The position numbers were made by a program, and so were the translations under genes. A stretch of 64,000 nt of DNA from a virus. Under the pieces are notes generated by a model. It ran no database searches, was not told where the DNA came from, and was given only the letters and a program-made list of their open reading frames with translations. The stretch is from the IMG/VR virus record IMGVR_UViG_3300034095_001503, positions 13,986 through 77,985 of that record. One strand, 5' to 3'. Below, piece by piece: positions 29,268 to 39,231 of this stretch; position 1 is the stretch's first letter; each line of letters opens with the position of its first letter.

Positions 29268-30635
29268 ATGAAATTAATAATATTTGATTTAGATGGTGTG
29301 TTGGTTGAGGCCAAGGAAATTCACTATACAGCATTAAACGAAGCACTAGCTGCAATCGGTAACCAATATATTATATCATGGTCTGAACATTTAAGTAAAT
29401 ATGATGGTCTTAAAACCAATCAAAAATTAGAAATGTTAACAATTGAAAAAGGTTTACCTTCAGACCAACATAAAAACGTCTGGAATAAAAAACAAGAAAT
29501 AACATTAGAAAAATTACGCTCGTTGGAACCTTCGTTAATTTTACAAGAAACTATGTCAAAATTAACGCAAGATGGTTTCAAAATAGCTTGTTGTTCAAAC
29601 TCAATTCGTAAAACAGTATTGACTGTTTTATCTAAATTAGGTATTATTGAATACTTTGATTTGGTCATTTCAAATGAAGATGTTAAAAATAGTAAACCAC
29701 ACCCAGAAATGTATTGGAAAGCAATTTCTTTTATTGGTGTTTTACCAGAAGAAACATTAATTGTTGAAGATTCTCCTTATGGTTTATTAGCTGCTGCTAG
29801 GAGTAAATCACATGTATTAAGAGTTATAAGTCCAAATGAAGTTAATTATTCAAATATAAATAATAAAATAACTGAAATAAAAACAAATAAACATATGAAA
29901 ACACCTAAATGGAGTGATAAAAAATTAAATGTATTAATACCTATGGCTGGAGCTGGCTCTAGATTTGAGCAAGCTGGATATACATTTCCAAAACCTTTGA
30001 TTGATGTAAATGGTGAACCTATGATAAAAGTTGTGAGTGAAAACTTAAATCTAGACGCTAATTTTATCTATATTGTACAAAAAAAACATAGAGAAAAATA
30101 TAATTTAGATACACTTTTAAATCTTATTTCACCTAACTGTACTATTGTTGAGGTTGATGGAGTAACTGAAGGTGCTGCATGTACAACATTATTAGCTAAA
30201 GAACTAATCGATAACGAACAACCATTAATTATGGCTAATTCAGACCAATTTATTGAATGGGATTCAAATGAGTTTATGTATAAAATGAACGAAACTGAGG
30301 CTGATGGTGGTATTGTTACCTTCACATCTACACACCCTAAATGGTCATTCGCTAAAATAGATGATAATGGATTTGTAACTGAAGTTGCTGAGAAAAACCC
30401 AATATCTGATATTGCAACTGTTGGTGTTTATTTTTGGAAACATGGTTCAGATTACGTAAAATACGCTGAACAAATGATAAGTAAAAATATTAGAGTTAAT
30501 AACGAATTTTACGTTTGTCCAGTGTTTAATGAAGCAGTCTTAGATAATAAGAAAATAAGAACATTCAATATAGAAAAAATGTGGGGTATTGGTACTCCAG
30601 AAGATTTGAACTATTTTTTAGAAAAATACAAATAA
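29268..30635 (+). CDS. Fusion of a HAD phosphatase and a BcbE-like nucleotidyltransferase
   Basis: N-half FDLDGVL, CSNS, KPHP, VEDS; C-half LIPMAGAGSRF..GY..PKPLI, ANSDQ, EKNPISD.ATVG.Y, NNEFYV.P, GIGTPEDL. Confidence 0.9.
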   Translation: MKLIIFDLDGVLVEAKEIHYTALNEALAAIGNQYIISWSEHLSKYDGLKTNQKLEMLTIEKGLPSDQHKNVWNKKQEITLEKLRSLEPSLILQETMSKLTQDGFKIACCSNSIRKTVLTVLSKLGIIEYFDLVISNEDVKNSKPHPEMYWKAISFIGVLPEETLIVEDSPYGLLAAARSKSHVLRVISPNEVNYSNINNKITEIKTNKHMKTPKWSDKKLNVLIPMAGAGSRFEQAGYTFPKPLIDVNGEPMIKVVSENLNLDANFIYIVQKKHREKYNLDTLLNLISPNCTIVEVDGVTEGAACTTLLAKELIDNEQPLIMANSDQFIEWDSNEFMYKMNETEADGGIVTFTSTHPKWSFAKIDDNGFVTEVAEKNPISDIATVGVYFWKHGSDYVKYAEQMISKNIRVNNEFYVCPVFNEAVLDNKKIRTFNIEKMWGIGTPEDLNYFLEKYK

Positions 30636-30637
30636 AA

Positions 30638-31267
30638 ATGATACATTTAATTGGTAATAGTCATGTTAATACCTTTTCAAATGATGATAAAATAAATATG
30701 TCATTTGAAAATGAATTTTTTAAATCACACCACATTGGCCCAGTGATTGCTTATAACTTTTATGAACATCATATGAGTTCAGTTAATAAGATTATTATTG
30801 ATAATAATATTCAAAAAAGTGATTATATATCTTTAATCATTGGAGAAGTTGATTGTAGGGTACACTTACCATTACAAGCCGATATTCAAAAAATAAATGA
30901 TGAAGAAATAGTTGCTGAATGTGTTAATAGATTATTTAGATGTTATGATAACTTATTAGAAAGAGATTATAAAATAATTGTTTATTCCACTCACCCAACA
31001 ACTACTGAAAATCACGATATGAGTAGAGAAGATAGACCGATATATGGTGATGTAGAAAGAAGAAATAATATTTCTTTGATATGGAATAAAAAATTAGGTG
31101 ATTTATGTAAATCTAAAAACATTAAATTTGTAAATTTTTATGATTTATTAGTAAATGAAAATAATATAACAAAAATGGAATATTTTTTAGACTACTGCCA
31201 CCTTAATAGCAGTATGTGTTATCCATTTATATTAGAAAAAACAAAAAATGAAATTAATATCGCATAG
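30638..31267 (+). CDS. SGNH/GDSL-like hydrolase or acyltransferase
   Basis: LIGNSH, GEVDCR, DYCH (DxxH); ATG at 30638. Confidence 0.7.
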   Translation: MIHLIGNSHVNTFSNDDKINMSFENEFFKSHHIGPVIAYNFYEHHMSSVNKIIIDNNIQKSDYISLIIGEVDCRVHLPLQADIQKINDEEIVAECVNRLFRCYDNLLERDYKIIVYSTHPTTTENHDMSREDRPIYGDVERRNNISLIWNKKLGDLCKSKNIKFVNFYDLLVNENNITKMEYFLDYCHLNSSMCYPFILEKTKNEINIA

Positions 31268-31685
31268 AGGTAATATAAATGGTAAGTTAGAATCATGGGA
31301 GAATGAACCAACCTATATTGATTTAGCTATATCAAAAGGTTATGATGTAGAAATAGATGTTTGGTATAAAGATAATATGTTATGGTTAGGTCATGATAAA
31401 CCAGATTATGGAATTGATTTCAGATTTATTAGAGATAGGATATCTAAACTTTGGGTTCACTGTAAAAATATTGAAGCTATTCTTTTTTTAAAAGAATGTG
31501 GTTATGATGTTAATTATTTTTGGCATGAAAATGATGTAATAACTTTAACAAGTCTTAATTATATTTGGGCTTTTCCAGGTAAACAACCAATTAAAAATAG
31601 TATAGCGGTCATGCCAGAAATTTTCAATGATGATGTTTCAAGTGCAATTGGTGTTTGTAGCGATTTTATTGAAAATTATAAATAA
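31248..31685 (+). CDS. Minimal glycerophosphodiester phosphodiesterase (GDPD)-like protein
   Basis: ISHRGN, EN.P, DVEIDV, LGHD, WVHCKN, GVCSD. Confidence 0.8.
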   Translation: MKLISHRGNINGKLESWENEPTYIDLAISKGYDVEIDVWYKDNMLWLGHDKPDYGIDFRFIRDRISKLWVHCKNIEAILFLKECGYDVNYFWHENDVITLTSLNYIWAFPGKQPIKNSIAVMPEIFNDDVSSAIGVCSDFIENYK

Positions 31686-31687
31686 CA

Positions 31688-31716
31688 TTGACATTGAATT
31701 ATTTTATTAGTAATAT
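31688..31716 (+). promoter_or_regulatory. Sigma70-type promoter
   Basis: TTGACA-N17-TAATAT upstream of wecB. Confidence 0.55.
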
Positions 31717-31727
31717 TAATTAAAAAT

Positions 31728-32729
31728 ATGATTCTATTAACTTATGGTACTCGACCAGAATACATCAAAATTAAACCGTTGATAAAAGAATTTAAAAATT
31801 CTAATTTACCATTCAAAATACTCTTTACTGGTCAACATAAAGATATAGCAAATGGTGAATATGATTTTAAATTAGAAATGACTGATTTATCTAATAATAG
31901 ATTAGATTCAGTTATTGCTAATCTAATGACTTTATCTGATGATATTTTTGACGAGATTACACACGTACTAGTTCAAGGTGATACAACATCTGTTGTTGGT
32001 TTATCTTTGGCTGCTTTACATAGAAAGATAAAACTAATACATTTAGAAGCTGGTTTAAGGACATATGACACTGAAAACCCATTCCCAGAAGAAAACAATA
32101 GACGCATAGTATCAACTATCGCTACAATACATCTATGCCCTACTGAATTAAATGCAAATAATTTATATAAAGAAAATGTGAGTGAAAATGTTTTTATTGT
32201 TGGTAATACTGTATTGGATAATCTTATTGATTACAAAGAAAAGTGTGAATATACAAATAAAGTCTTAGTTACGATGCATAGACGTGAAAACCATGAAAAT
32301 ATTAATGAATGGTTCACTGAAATAAATGAGTTAGCCAAAAAACATAATGAATTAGAATTTATTCTACCTTTACACCCAAATCCAAATGTTCAAAAACATA
32401 AATCAATATTAACACATGTTAATATTGTTGAACCTTTGAAACATGAAGATTTATTAAATCTATTGGTTAAAACAAGGTTGGTTATAACTGATAGTGGTGG
32501 TATTCAAGAAGAGTGTTCATTCTTCAATAAGAAATGTTTAGTATGTCGAAAAGTAACCGAAAGACCAGAATCAGTAAATTTGACTAGCTTTTTAATCGAT
32601 GAACCAAAAGATTTAGCGTCAATCTTTAATTGTCATATCAATAATTATAATGTAAATATTGAGTCACCATATGGTGATGGTAAATCGTCAATTAAAATTT
32701 GTGATATTTTGAATAAGTTAATAAAATAA
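31728..32729 (+). CDS. wecB: UDP-N-acetylglucosamine 2-epimerase (non-hydrolysing)
   Basis: GTRPEYIK, TGQH, VQGDT, HLEAGLRT, PFPEENNR, HRREN, TDSGGIQEE, TERPE, YGDG. Confidence 0.95.
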   Translation: MILLTYGTRPEYIKIKPLIKEFKNSNLPFKILFTGQHKDIANGEYDFKLEMTDLSNNRLDSVIANLMTLSDDIFDEITHVLVQGDTTSVVGLSLAALHRKIKLIHLEAGLRTYDTENPFPEENNRRIVSTIATIHLCPTELNANNLYKENVSENVFIVGNTVLDNLIDYKEKCEYTNKVLVTMHRRENHENINEWFTEINELAKKHNELEFILPLHPNPNVQKHKSILTHVNIVEPLKHEDLLNLLVKTRLVITDSGGIQEECSFFNKKCLVCRKVTERPESVNLTSFLIDEPKDLASIFNCHINNYNVNIESPYGDGKSSIKICDILNKLIK

Positions 32730-32751
32730 GATATTTATAATAAAAGTTTGT

Positions 32752-33612
32752 ATGATAAAAAAACCAGCTACAACAGCTAGAAAACCTAGAGTTAAAAAAA
32801 CAACAACCGAGGTAGTTGTTGAGAAAAAAGTTTCATTTGATTTATTATCGTTAATTAAAATAGATATCAAACATAAAAACGAGATTCAAAAGAAATTAAC
32901 GCAATCAATTAAGAATGGTGATGTTACTATATGTACTGGTCCAGCTGGTACTGGTAAAACTCTTTTGAGTGTTGCTGAAGCGTTGTTACTTCTTAAAACC
33001 CATAGCGACATATACCATGAGATTAAATTGGTTAAATCAATTATAAACTTAGAAGGTGAAGATTTAGGTACATTACCTGGTGATGAAAAAGACAAACTTA
33101 AATTTATTATGATGTCTTTCTTCGATGCGTTTTATAAACTTATTGGTGAAGAACTTACAAACAGACTTTTAGAAGCTGGATACATCAAGATGGAAGTATT
33201 TGGTGCAATACGTGGTAGGTCTATTTCTAACGCAATTATATTGTTTGATGAATTCCAAAATGTATCTGATAGAAACGGTAAAACTCTTTTAACAAGATTT
33301 TCTGAAAACACAAAAGTTATTGCTTTAGGTGATAGTAATCAAGTAGATTTAAAAAACCCAGATTTGAGTTGTTTGAAAGAATTGGTTAGAATGACAAAAC
33401 TATATCCAGAACAAGGTGTTAGTGTTGTTGAATTTACCGATGAAGAAGTTGTTAGACATAGACTTACTAGATACTTTATAAACATATTTGAACACAAAGA
33501 TTATAAAAAGAAAGAACCTAGAGTTATTCCAGTAATCGAAAGACCAAAAACTCAAATTATAAAAAAAGAAAGTTTTTTTAAAAAACTTTTATCATTTTTT
33601 ACAAAAAAATAA
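32752..33612 (+). CDS. phoH: PhoH-family ATPase
   Basis: GPAGTGKT, LGTLPG, RGRS, DEFQN, LGDSNQVD, VVRH. Confidence 0.93.
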   Translation: MIKKPATTARKPRVKKTTTEVVVEKKVSFDLLSLIKIDIKHKNEIQKKLTQSIKNGDVTICTGPAGTGKTLLSVAEALLLLKTHSDIYHEIKLVKSIINLEGEDLGTLPGDEKDKLKFIMMSFFDAFYKLIGEELTNRLLEAGYIKMEVFGAIRGRSISNAIILFDEFQNVSDRNGKTLLTRFSENTKVIALGDSNQVDLKNPDLSCLKELVRMTKLYPEQGVSVVEFTDEEVVRHRLTRYFINIFEHKDYKKKEPRVIPVIERPKTQIIKKESFFKKLLSFFTKK

Positions 33613-33655
33613 TTTTTTACTTTACTTATCTATAGTTATTCCTTAGATTTATTTT

Positions 33656-34261
33656 ATGAAGATAGGGATAACTATAAACGAGGTTTTAAGAGATTTTATT
33701 GGTCAACTAAATTACACGTATTCAAAATATATCAACGAAACTGATATTACAGAAGAAAATGTAACTAGTTTCAATTTAATTGATTATTTTAAGTTTGACG
33801 ACATCAATCAACTTAATAGGTTTCTATACTTAGAAGCACCTCTAGAAATTTTCGGCCATGCCGACCAGATGTCAGATGGTTTAATTAACCATTTTAATAC
33901 TTTTTTAATGGACACCAAAGATGAAGGTGAACATGAAATCATTTTAATTAGTCGAGAAATCGAAAAAAGTATTCCTTCAACACTTTTCTTTTTATCAAAA
34001 ACTGGATGTCGTGCAGCAAATATTAAATTTGTTACTTCATATTCAGAAAAATGGGATGATGTTGATGTATTGATTACAGCAAACCCACAAACACTTGAAA
34101 ATAAACCAAACGGTAAAATTAGTGTAAAAGTTAACGCTTCTTACAATAAAAATACGCCATCGGATTATGAGATAGACTCCATATTAGACTTCATCAACAA
34201 TGAAGAACTTAGAGAAAAAATCTTAAATACAAAAATAACAACTTACGAAGAAATTAATTAA
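33656..34261 (+). CDS. 5'(3')-deoxyribonucleotidase-like HAD-fold protein, degenerate motif I
   Basis: MKIGITINEVLRDF occupies the IxIDxDxVL position; C-terminal YN motif. Confidence 0.6.
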   Translation: MKIGITINEVLRDFIGQLNYTYSKYINETDITEENVTSFNLIDYFKFDDINQLNRFLYLEAPLEIFGHADQMSDGLINHFNTFLMDTKDEGEHEIILISREIEKSIPSTLFFLSKTGCRAANIKFVTSYSEKWDDVDVLITANPQTLENKPNGKISVKVNASYNKNTPSDYEIDSILDFINNEELREKILNTKITTYEEIN

Positions 34262-34262
34262 T

Positions 34263-34622
34263 ATGATTGGATTCGGTGGAAACATCTATTACATTGACTT
34301 AGATGCCTTAGAAAAAACAATAATACCACTTGGTGTAAGCCCAACTGATAAAGTCATTGAACGTGAAGAAAAAGTTCATGTAGATGCAGATAACAAAATA
34401 GTACATACTGATATTACAGAAGTTAGTAGAGATAGAGGTCGAGAAATTGATGGTGCTAAATACGAAATAGTTAGACTTATGCTTGAAATATTGATGGATG
34501 GTACAGAAGAAACTGACGATGACGCATTAGGTGCTGATAGAGCATTAGAAAAGACATCATTATCGTATAAAATTGCATTCAATACCCTATACAATTACGG
34601 TATTTTAAAAGAACAAGAATAA
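34263..34622 (+). CDS. Hypothetical protein
   Basis: 119-aa ORF in the operon. Confidence 0.75.
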   Translation: MIGFGGNIYYIDLDALEKTIIPLGVSPTDKVIEREEKVHVDADNKIVHTDITEVSRDRGREIDGAKYEIVRLMLEILMDGTEETDDDALGADRALEKTSLSYKIAFNTLYNYGILKEQE

Positions 34623-34646
34623 CACCCATATAAAAAAAAAATAGAA

Positions 34647-35795
34647 ATGGAAGAAAAACAAAAACAAATCGCAGAACAAATTACTCAAGTAAATGAAGTT
34701 CTAGCAAAATTGGAATCAAAAGATTTCAACCTATACTTTTTCACGTTAGATACAAAAGGTAACCCAACAGCTGGTATTGCAAATATTTACGAGCATGTTA
34801 AAATTTTAAATAGTTTAGGTTACAAAGCAAGTATTCTTCATGAAAAAAATGATTATAAATTAAGAGGTGACCAAGAAGGAAACGGTATTGCTGATTGGTT
34901 AGGTGAAGAATATGCTTCATTACCACACACTTCAATCGAAGGACAACAATTAAACGTTAGCCCAGCTGATTTTATCATTATCCCAGAAATTTTTGCTAAC
35001 ATTATGGACCAAGTAAAAGGTTTCCCATGCAAAAAAATAGTTTTCTCACAAAGTTATGATTACTTATTAGAATTGTTACAAATAGGAAAAAGATGGAATG
35101 TTGATTATGGATTTACAGATGTTATTACAACAACTGAAAGACAATCAAATTATTTGAAAACATTATTCCCATCAATAAAAACTCACATTGTACCAGTTGC
35201 AATCGCACCTTATTTTAAAGATAGTGATAAACCAAAAATTCCAGTTGTTTCTATATTGACTAGAAATCAAGGTGATGCTGCTAAAATTGCAAAATCATTC
35301 TATTTACAATACCCAGTTTACAAATGGATTACCTTCAAAGAATTGAGAGGTTTACCTAAAGAACAATTTGCTAGCGAATTAGCTAAATCTTGTTTAGCTG
35401 TTTGGGTTGATGACCAATCATCTTTCGGTACATTCCCATTAGAAGCTATTGAATCTAACACGCCAGTAATTGGTAAAATACCTAACATGATTCCAGAATG
35501 GATGGAAAGTGTTGATGAACAAGGTAATGTTACTATCAAACAAAATGGTATTTGGACAAATACTACATTGAATATTCCAGAATTAATCGCAACTTATTTA
35601 AAAGTTTGGTTAGAAGATTCTGTACCATCTGATTTAATCGAAGGTATCAATGAATCTAAAGGATTATACACTTCAGAAAACCAAATTTCTGTTGCAACTA
35701 ACGTATATTCAACTTTAGTTGAAAATAGACTTTCTGAATTAAAAATAACTTTAGAAGCATTAGAAGATGCTCAAAAAGAAACAACTAACGCTTAA
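34647..35795 (+). CDS. Glycosyltransferase, GT-B
   Basis: AGIANIYEH, IIIPE, SSFGTFPLEA...PVIG. Confidence 0.8.
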   Translation: MEEKQKQIAEQITQVNEVLAKLESKDFNLYFFTLDTKGNPTAGIANIYEHVKILNSLGYKASILHEKNDYKLRGDQEGNGIADWLGEEYASLPHTSIEGQQLNVSPADFIIIPEIFANIMDQVKGFPCKKIVFSQSYDYLLELLQIGKRWNVDYGFTDVITTTERQSNYLKTLFPSIKTHIVPVAIAPYFKDSDKPKIPVVSILTRNQGDAAKIAKSFYLQYPVYKWITFKELRGLPKEQFASELAKSCLAVWVDDQSSFGTFPLEAIESNTPVIGKIPNMIPEWMESVDEQGNVTIKQNGIWTNTTLNIPELIATYLKVWLEDSVPSDLIEGINESKGLYTSENQISVATNVYSTLVENRLSELKITLEALEDAQKETTNA

Positions 35796-35808
35796 TAAAA
35801 ATACGAAT

Positions 35809-36603
35809 ATGAAAAATACAAATATTTCAGTTATCCTTCCAGTTCATGAATTGAACGAAGAAACAACAATTTTATTTACAAACGCAGTACAAAGCGTTAT
35901 CGACCAGTCAATTAGACCAGAACAATTAATTATCGTAGTACCAAAAGGTAGTGCAGTAGTTAATATTGTTAAAACTGTTGATTATGGTGATTATAAAGAT
36001 TCAGTAGTAATTGCTGAAAATGATGGTGAAACTGATTTTGCATCACAAATTAATTATGGTGTATCAGTTTCAACGACAGAATGGTTTTCAATCTTAGAAT
36101 TAGATGATGAATATGCTAAAATATGGTTTAAAAATGTTGTAGAATATAGAGAAAAACATACAAATGTAGATATCTTTATGCCTATAATCATTGATGTAGA
36201 TAATTCTGGTCAATTTATTGGATTTACTAACGAAGCTGTTTGGGCTCAAAGTTTCTCTGATGAATTAGGTGTATTGGATAACAATGCATTGTTGGCTTAT
36301 CAAAATTTCAACATCGATGGTATAGTAATAAGAAAATCAATCTATAATGATTTTGGTGGGTTTAAACCTAGTATCAAATTAACTTTTATTTATGAATTCT
36401 TATTACGTATGACGTTTAAAGATGCTAGAGTTTTTGTTATACCTAGATTTGGTTATAAACACGTAAATCAAAGACCAGGCTCGTTATTCTCTTCTTATAA
36501 AGAAACATTAGACCCAGCAGAAGCTAGATGGTGGTTAGCAACAGCTAAAAAAGAATATTATTTTCCAACAGATAGAAAAATAACATACGCTGTAGAAAAA
36601 TAA
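35809..36603 (+). CDS. Glycosyltransferase family 2
   Basis: ISVILPVH, INYGV, ILELDDE, EFLLR; ATG at 35809. Confidence 0.85.
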   Translation: MKNTNISVILPVHELNEETTILFTNAVQSVIDQSIRPEQLIIVVPKGSAVVNIVKTVDYGDYKDSVVIAENDGETDFASQINYGVSVSTTEWFSILELDDEYAKIWFKNVVEYREKHTNVDIFMPIIIDVDNSGQFIGFTNEAVWAQSFSDELGVLDNNALLAYQNFNIDGIVIRKSIYNDFGGFKPSIKLTFIYEFLLRMTFKDARVFVIPRFGYKHVNQRPGSLFSSYKETLDPAEARWWLATAKKEYYFPTDRKITYAVEK

Positions 36604-36606
36604 TAA

Positions 36607-37335
36607 ATGGTAACTAAACGAGGACGCAAAAGAAAAAACGACATGTATTTTGGTCCAGAAGAAGAAGAAGCCGTTATTAATTTTTTAGAATCAGAAAACG
36701 AAATAGAAAGGAATCTTATTTTTAACGAGTGGTTAAAAGCACCACTCGATAAAATGATAGAATCGATAATTAGAAGGTATAAGTTATATCGCAAAGGTGA
36801 AACCTTTGAAGAACTGCATGGTGATACTGTGTCATTTCTTATGACAAAAGTACATAAATTCGAAGGAGCTAGAGGTAAAAAAGCCTATTCATATTTTGGA
36901 ACAATTGCCAAGAATTATATTCTTGGGTTGCTTATAAAAGATGAGAAACACATGAAACAGACAACTTCATATGAAGATTTGTCTGATAGATTAGAAGAAC
37001 GTGAAGATTTAACTTATGTTATTGACAACGACCACTTTTCAATGGATGAATTTATAAAAAAATTAGCCAATGGTATTAGAGAAGAATTAAACGATGAAAC
37101 CCTACCACCAAAGAAAAAGTTAAACGATAATGAGAGAAAAGTTGGATACGCTCTGATTGAAATTTTAGAGAATTGGGAAACAGCATTTGAATCAATGAAT
37201 GGTGGTGCTAAATACAATAAAAATTCAGTGCTAGAAACCATGAGAAACTATACCAACCTTTCAACGAAAGATATTAGGTTGGCAATGAAGAGATATAAAG
37301 AACTTTATGAACTTCTAAAACACCATGGTTTGTAG
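36607..37335 (+). CDS. Phage sigma factor, T4 gp55-like (late transcription)
   Basis: KFEGARGKKAYSYFGTIAKNY resembles sigma region 2 of gp55-type factors; no region-4 HTH recognised. Confidence 0.7.
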   Translation: MVTKRGRKRKNDMYFGPEEEEAVINFLESENEIERNLIFNEWLKAPLDKMIESIIRRYKLYRKGETFEELHGDTVSFLMTKVHKFEGARGKKAYSYFGTIAKNYILGLLIKDEKHMKQTTSYEDLSDRLEEREDLTYVIDNDHFSMDEFIKKLANGIREELNDETLPPKKKLNDNERKVGYALIEILENWETAFESMNGGAKYNKNSVLETMRNYTNLSTKDIRLAMKRYKELYELLKHHGL

Positions 37336-37387
37336 AAAAATTACAATAAAACCGCTTTATTAGGTATTTATAGTAAAACTAAAAAAC

Positions 37388-37780
37388 ATGCCAAGAAAAA
37401 AGAAACAAGACGTAAAAGTAAACAATACAGAATCATTAGAAGGTCTTATGCAAGAAACCTATAACGATGCGTGTTTACAAATAACTGATGCTCAGAAGAC
37501 AATTAACGAATTAGCTTCTAGTGCAACACCAGTTGATATTGATGATTTAACTAAAATTGCCAAAGAAAAAGGTGGTTTATTAAAAATTAAAGATTCAGCA
37601 ATTAGAATCAAATTAGAGTTAGCTAAATTACAAAGTGATATAATTAAGAATCGTGGAGACGTTGAATCGACAATCACAGAAAGAAGTCATGGTGCTGCAT
37701 CTTTAACTGATTTTAAATCAATTAGAGAAATGTTAAAAAATGATAAAAAAGATAACGATTTAGATAACGAAATTGAGTAA
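37388..37780 (+). CDS. Helical coiled-coil protein (possible small terminase subunit)
   Basis: 130 aa, predicted two long helices; late motif GTATTTAT upstream. The function is a guess. Confidence 0.55.
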   Translation: MPRKKKQDVKVNNTESLEGLMQETYNDACLQITDAQKTINELASSATPVDIDDLTKIAKEKGGLLKIKDSAIRIKLELAKLQSDIIKNRGDVESTITERSHGAASLTDFKSIREMLKNDKKDNDLDNEIE

Positions 37781-37782
37781 CT

Positions 37783-39231
37783 ATGTCAGTAGTAGACAAA
37801 AAACAAAAAATTTTTGGAAATATAGCAGCAGCTAGAACCATAACTGAAGGAATGCCTAAGTTCAAAAAAAACTCGTCATTTCCTTCAATTAATAATAAAG
37901 GTAATTCCATAACTTTTTTAACCGATTTAATTAAAGCACTTATTGGATATATTGCTTTGGTTAAAGCAATTGTCGATATATTAACACATCAATTAGCGAA
38001 GATTGAAAAAGATATTAAAAAAGCTTTAAAAACAGAACTAAAAGCCATTGTTAGTTGTGGTGTTGACCCTAGTTTACCTAGTTTTATCAAATCAACTGGT
38101 ACTGGTATTGTTATTGAAGTTAAAAAAGTAGATTTTTTACAATTATTTAAAATTGATGCTAAAACAAAAGTTGGTGCATTATTATATAATGATGTCACTC
38201 CAGTTCTGACCGACTCAACAGATTTAAATACATTCTTATATGGTGTAATACAAGATGACGGTGTAATGCACACATGGAAAGATAAAAATGGAAACGGGTT
38301 GTTTGATATAACTTTCAAATCAACTGGAACTGCTGGTATTCCAAATAATACTTTTACAATAAAAGCAAATTCAAGTTACAACACGAAAACACTTAACGAT
38401 TTAAATAATAATTTTGTCGATTCATTAACTTTATTCAATTCAGAAAACATTGTTAGTAGAATAATAGATATTATCTTTGGTTCTATTTCATTTACAGTAA
38501 AGAAACCTAGATTCCATTTAGAAATGGAAGAAAAGATAAATAAAATTGTCGATAAAATGGTTGATGAAGATGCTAACGCTAAAGAAAGTGATTCTGGCGA
38601 TGATGATACCTTTTTTACTTTTAATAATGATGAATTATCTGTTATTGAAAGTCGTTCTGATGAACGACAAAGAGGTGTTATAAAAATAAAAACATCAACT
38701 GAAATAGATGGTGTTGTTCCAGTAGAAACACTTACAGCGTTCACTCAATCAATGTCAGTTGCATCAACAACAGAACAGAAAAAAGCAGCGTTATCGAATA
38801 GTTTAGACCAAATGGCTAATGAAAGTGCTAGGGATGTTAAATTAATCAAGGATAAGGGTTCTGTTAAATTAAATTTTATACAATTACTTATAACCAATTT
38901 AATAAAAGCCATTGTTGGTATTGTTTTGTCACCTAAAATAGTTATGATATTTTTAATAAATTATAAAATAATTTATGGACCAACAGCAACTTATGGTGAC
39001 GCAATTGATTTCATAAAAAAGAATAAAAAACTTTTCAAACAAATAATGAAAAGAATTGCTGGTATGATAATTAAAATTTTATTAGCAATTGCTTTACAAA
39101 AAATAGCAAAATTAGTTGGTGATGCTATGATTGAAAAAAATATTGAAAAAAATAAAAATAAAAAGACTCAATTATTAAGTCTTGTTGGTGTACCACAAGA
39201 AGCTTTGAGAGCAATTAAAGGATTAATGTAA
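37783..39231 (+). CDS. Hypothetical structural protein with hydrophobic helices
   Basis: 482 aa in the late operon upstream of the spike gene. Confidence 0.7.
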   Translation: MSVVDKKQKIFGNIAAARTITEGMPKFKKNSSFPSINNKGNSITFLTDLIKALIGYIALVKAIVDILTHQLAKIEKDIKKALKTELKAIVSCGVDPSLPSFIKSTGTGIVIEVKKVDFLQLFKIDAKTKVGALLYNDVTPVLTDSTDLNTFLYGVIQDDGVMHTWKDKNGNGLFDITFKSTGTAGIPNNTFTIKANSSYNTKTLNDLNNNFVDSLTLFNSENIVSRIIDIIFGSISFTVKKPRFHLEMEEKINKIVDKMVDEDANAKESDSGDDDTFFTFNNDELSVIESRSDERQRGVIKIKTSTEIDGVVPVETLTAFTQSMSVASTTEQKKAALSNSLDQMANESARDVKLIKDKGSVKLNFIQLLITNLIKAIVGIVLSPKIVMIFLINYKIIYGPTATYGDAIDFIKKNKKLFKQIMKRIAGMIIKILLAIALQKIAKLVGDAMIEKNIEKNKNKKTQLLSLVGVPQEALRAIKGLM

